In this document: positions 60,668-64,000 of the stretch, piece by piece
Layout: every line of letters starts with the position of its first letter
How positions within the stretch are numbered: position 1 is the first letter of the stretch
Assembly: GCA_043228905.1 (NCBI GenBank)
Contig: JBHGNT010000009.1
Coordinates: forward strand, 2,480,001-2,544,000
Length of the DNA: 64,000 nt
Origin: Azolla caroliniana
Lineage: Eukaryota; Plantae; Polypodiophyta
Direction of reading: 5' to 3'
Program-made: the position numbers and the translations under genes
Notes under the pieces: generated by a model
Databases searched by the model: none
Told to the model about the DNA's origin: nothing
Seen by the model: only the letters and a program-made list of their open reading frames with translations

Positions 60668-61652
60668 AGGGTTTCGTATCTTAGGGCATGTTTGATTCCA
60701 TACACCTAATTGTTGATTATTCTAATTAAATTTTAATTTCATAAGTATTGTTTCACTTATATGATTTTCTAGTAATTATTATTTACCCGCCCACAATTAA
60801 CTCTCCTTTTTCCACTTCCTTTTCATGTATAAAGTATTTTCATCGTTTATTTTTAATGTAACCTTTACGTGTAGACTATTTTTTTCGTATGGAGTGGCTT
60901 GTTGAACGATTTTTTTTTCAACGGGTCATCTAGGTTTAACTCTTATCATCAAGCCTTAGAAAACGAGTAAAACCATATGAGTTCCCTTATTGATGTTTTA
61001 CTCATGGATTTGAGTATTACATCTTTGCGCACAACACTGTCATCACTTGTATCAATTTGTGGCTTATGTCACAATTGTGCAAGTTATAACAATCATATTG
61101 GGATGTATATGTGCATACCTTGCACTTCCCATTTATTTGTGACATTGTTTTTTTCGTAGGTAACACATGGGTTCTTTTTTTTTTACCCTTGTTTTCGTCA
61201 CTACTTAACTCTTATGAGTAGTGCCTTATTTTATCATTTTATCATCACGTTTGCTTATTGCTCGCAAGACTAGAATATTACTTGTGAGTGCACTTGTTTT
61301 TTCACGTAATACACTTTCTCGACCATATAATACATGATGGGTTGGCATTAATATAAGGCTATCTAGGAAATTTCATTGATGTAAGAACCATGGTTGAGCC
61401 TCGGGGAGCCGCCATGATTACTCAAGATAGAGATCCGAGAAATACATCTTAGCTATGTTTTCCCCCATGGTTTTTAAAACACCATAGTGTTACCATAGTT
61501 ATCGGATCTCGAATCACATCTCATATGTCTAGAGGGGTAAAGACATGAGATACTTTCTTGGATAAAGTTCTTTCAATCAAAATTTCAAGCATTCATTTTG
61601 CTTGTGTATTTTCTGAACCTCCTTATTTTATTGCATACCCACAGCGTGCATC

Positions 61653-64000
61653 ATGGAACAAGTTTTGAACGCAGTTGGAACGATCTCTCCAAATGAGACC
61701 TCTCAACCCCAATCCGCATCTCGCACACAAGCTGAGATCACTATTGAGCAATTGCTCACTACTACCTTGAATCAATTGGCCGAAATGAGACAGGCCAATA
61801 TGGCATTGGAAAAGAAATTCCAAGAATTAACTATTGAGTCCAAGAAAGAAGGTGAACCTTCCTTCGTAGTCACGCCTTTCAAGGGAGATAAGAAAGAAAG
61901 AACCGAGGAGGCTATTAGCACTTGGCTTGGTCGTTGGGAGTCTCACTTTGAGCTTCATCCCAAGCCCGATGCAGTAAAAATTGGTTATGTCGGTCGTGAG
62001 TTAGGTGGCCGAGCTGCTGCTTGGTGGCGTGGCCTAAGGACCGCAAAAAACTTACCCACAACTTGGGAAGGTTTCGTTGATGTTTTTAAGAAACAATTCT
62101 TGCAGCCACCTTCTCACACCGAACAAGCGCAACACTTGCTCACATTGTCTAGTAAGCCATTTACCTCTCTCGAGGATTATGTGCATCACGCTCGGACCCA
62201 GATCCAAAAATCGGGACTTACGGGTGAGAAATGGTTTGTCGCTTGTTTTTTGAATGGTATTCCCAATGGGGATTATCATTGGATTGTCCATGACAAGGAC
62301 CCCACAACTTTCGAGGAAGCCGTCAACATTGTGCTGCGATACCATAGGACTTCCAAGAAAGACCACAATAAACCTGAGTTCGCCAAAACTCTGAATGTCA
62401 AGTTCATTGGGAAACGTAAGCAATCCAGTGACACTCTTGACCGCGACTCAAAGAAACCGAACCTCTTCTGTGCATATTGCAAGAAGCGGGGCCACACAAA
62501 GGATACCTGTCGTCGTCTTGAGAGGAAGTCAATGAACACCCCTCCTCAAGACAAATATACGAGTCACACAGGTGAGTCTTTTGATATTGTTGAAGTTCAT
62601 ACCAATCACTTAAGTTTATGTGAATGCACTTTTCCTTCACATTTACTTGGACCTAATGATTTACTCCGAGCAGTCGGATATATCAATGGAACACAAGCAC
62701 ATTTCTTGTTTGATTCCGGTAGTTCTCACAATTTTCTTAATGATCACTTTGTGCAGCAAATGGAGCTCCACATAAACGCAAGTGATCATATCTATCAAGT
62801 TCACATGGCAAATGGAAACGTTCAATACATCAGTGGCATTGTTTGTCAACTGCCAATTCAAATAGATACTTATTTGGAGAAGCTTGACTTTCATGTTATG
62901 AAATTACAATCCGCAGATGTCATTTTAGGATATCCTTGGTTTTTTAATAAAAACCCTTCTTTGTCCATTGATTGGGTTAATCACTCAATCACATTTGAAC
63001 TTAATAATTGTAAACATTTTATTCAATGTTCCAAACTTCCTTCTCATTCACTTGTGTCTTCTAAATCTTTAAGTGAGTATTCTAGTTCATTAATTTATTC
63101 GTGTGTAATTGATCCTGCGGTTCAATTTTATTATTTTAATATTGACGCCACACAATTACCACATTTTGAGCAACGATTACTCGACTCTATTTTAGAGGAT
63201 TTTCAAGATGTGTTTCCTACTGAATTACCGCTTACTTTACCACCTAAACGTAATGTGGACCATCAAATTGAACTCATCCCTGGGGCTGCTCCTGTGAGCA
63301 TTCCACCTTACCGACTTAGTCGATTAGAAGAGGATGAGATCGCTAAACAACTTAAGGAATACTTGAGTATGGGCCACATTAGGTATAGTAAATCACCTTG
63401 GGGTGCGCCAGTTCTATTAGTCAAGAAGAAGGAAGGTTCGTGGCGAATGTGTATCAATTATCACCGTTTGAATAAAATGACAATTAAGAATGCATATCCA
63501 TTACCTCGTGCCGATGATTTGATTGATCGTTTTCACGGGGCTCGATATTTTACAAAAATTGACTTACGAACTGGTTATCATCAGATTCGCATCGCCGAGG
63601 ATGATATTCCTAAAACCGCTTTTCGTACGCGCTATGGCCATTATGAGTTTTTAGTCATGCCATTTGGGTTGACTAATGCTCCAGCCACATTCCAACAAGC
63701 GATGAATGATGTTTTCCGAGATCAACTCGGTGATTTTGTTGTCGTCTTCTTGGATGATATTTTGATATATAGCCGTACCTTGCAAGATCATGTTCAACAT
63801 GTTCGATTTGTTTTGCGAAAGTTGCGTGACAACTCTTTCTATGCAAAACATTCAAAATGTGACTTCTTCCAAAAATCTATTGTGTACCTAGGTCATTTAA
63901 TTACAGAAAATGGCGTTGAAATTGAACCTTCTCGTATTGAAAAGGTTAAACTTTGGCCCATTCCTCGTAATATTCGTGAACTTAGATCATTCTTAGGGTT
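61653..64000 (+). CDS. Single gag-pol ORF of element G (partial, apparently open to the window end)
   Basis: ATG at 61653; LGGRAAAWW and PTTWEGF (gag), [52 protein letters not shown] and FLDDILIYS. Gag start and RT are in the same frame; the ORF's absence from the track suggests no stop is reached. Confidence 0.88.
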   Translation, partial: MEQVLNAVGTISPNETSQPQSASRTQAEITIEQLLTTTLNQLAEMRQANMALEKKFQELTIESKKEGEPSFVVTPFKGDKKERTEEAISTWLGRWESHFELHPKPDAVKIGYVGRELGGRAAAWWRGLRTAKNLPTTWEGFVDVFKKQFLQPPSHTEQAQHLLTLSSKPFTSLEDYVHHARTQIQKSGLTGEKWFVACFLNGIPNGDYHWIVHDKDPTTFEEAVNIVLRYHRTSKKDHNKPEFAKTLNVKFIGKRKQSSDTLDRDSKKPNLFCAYCKKRGHTKDTCRRLERKSMNTPPQDKYTSHTGESFDIVEVHTNHLSLCECTFPSHLLGPNDLLRAVGYINGTQAHFLFDSGSSHNFLNDHFVQQMELHINASDHIYQVHMANGNVQYISGIVCQLPIQIDTYLEKLDFHVMKLQSADVILGYPWFFNKNPSLSIDWVNHSITFELNNCKHFIQCSKLPSHSLVSSKSLSEYSSSLIYSCVIDPAVQFYYFNIDATQLPHFEQRLLDSILEDFQDVFPTELPLTLPPKRNVDHQIELIPGAAPVSIPPYRLSRLEEDEIAKQLKEYLSMGHIRYSKSPWGAPVLLVKKKEGSWRMCINYHRLNKMTIKNAYPLPRADDLIDRFHGARYFTKIDLRTGYHQIRIAEDDIPKTAFRTRYGHYEFLVMPFGLTNAPATFQQAMNDVFRDQLGDFVVVFLDDILIYSRTLQDHVQHVRFVLRKLRDNSFYAKHSKCDFFQKSIVYLGHLITENGVEIEPSRIEKVKLWPIPRNIRELRSFLG

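Larger units (their letters stand above)
59423..64000 (+). mobile_element. Ty3/gypsy (chromovirus-like; element G): 5' LTR 59423-59896 and tRNA-iMet PBS; runs off the window
   Basis: TGTTATG...TTAACA then TGGTATCAGAGC (59898-59909); long leader; gag-pol ORF follows. Confidence 0.92.

Overview
Eukaryotic plant nuclear DNA, most likely from a seed-free land plant such as a fern or lycophyte; this is inferred from Tcn1-like chromoviruses and L1 ends typical of those groups. Most of the window is a nest of transposable elements. It holds Ty3/gypsy and Ty1/copia LTR retrotransposons, solo LTRs, two LINE remnants, one ZNF862-like hAT transposon and two hAT MITEs; many boundaries are fixed by visible TG..CA ends, TIRs and target-site duplications. 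One element is intact and recent: a Tcn1-like chromovirus at 49980-55669. Only two host genes are supported: an intronless exostosin (GT47) glycosyltransferase resembling the animal EXT1 N-terminal domain (19274-20551), and a secreted Ser-Pro(n) extensin-like protein (35072-36244). Most notable observations: (1) six LTRs from several families carry an antisense tRNA-like A-box/B-box module with tRNA spacing near the outer edge of U3; (2) a non-coding LTR element (8444-11107) has inward-facing tRNA-3'-end motifs beside both LTRs and no polypurine tract; (3) the intact chromovirus shows Tf1-type self-priming and a -1 frameshift signal. All calls were read by eye; no searches were run.
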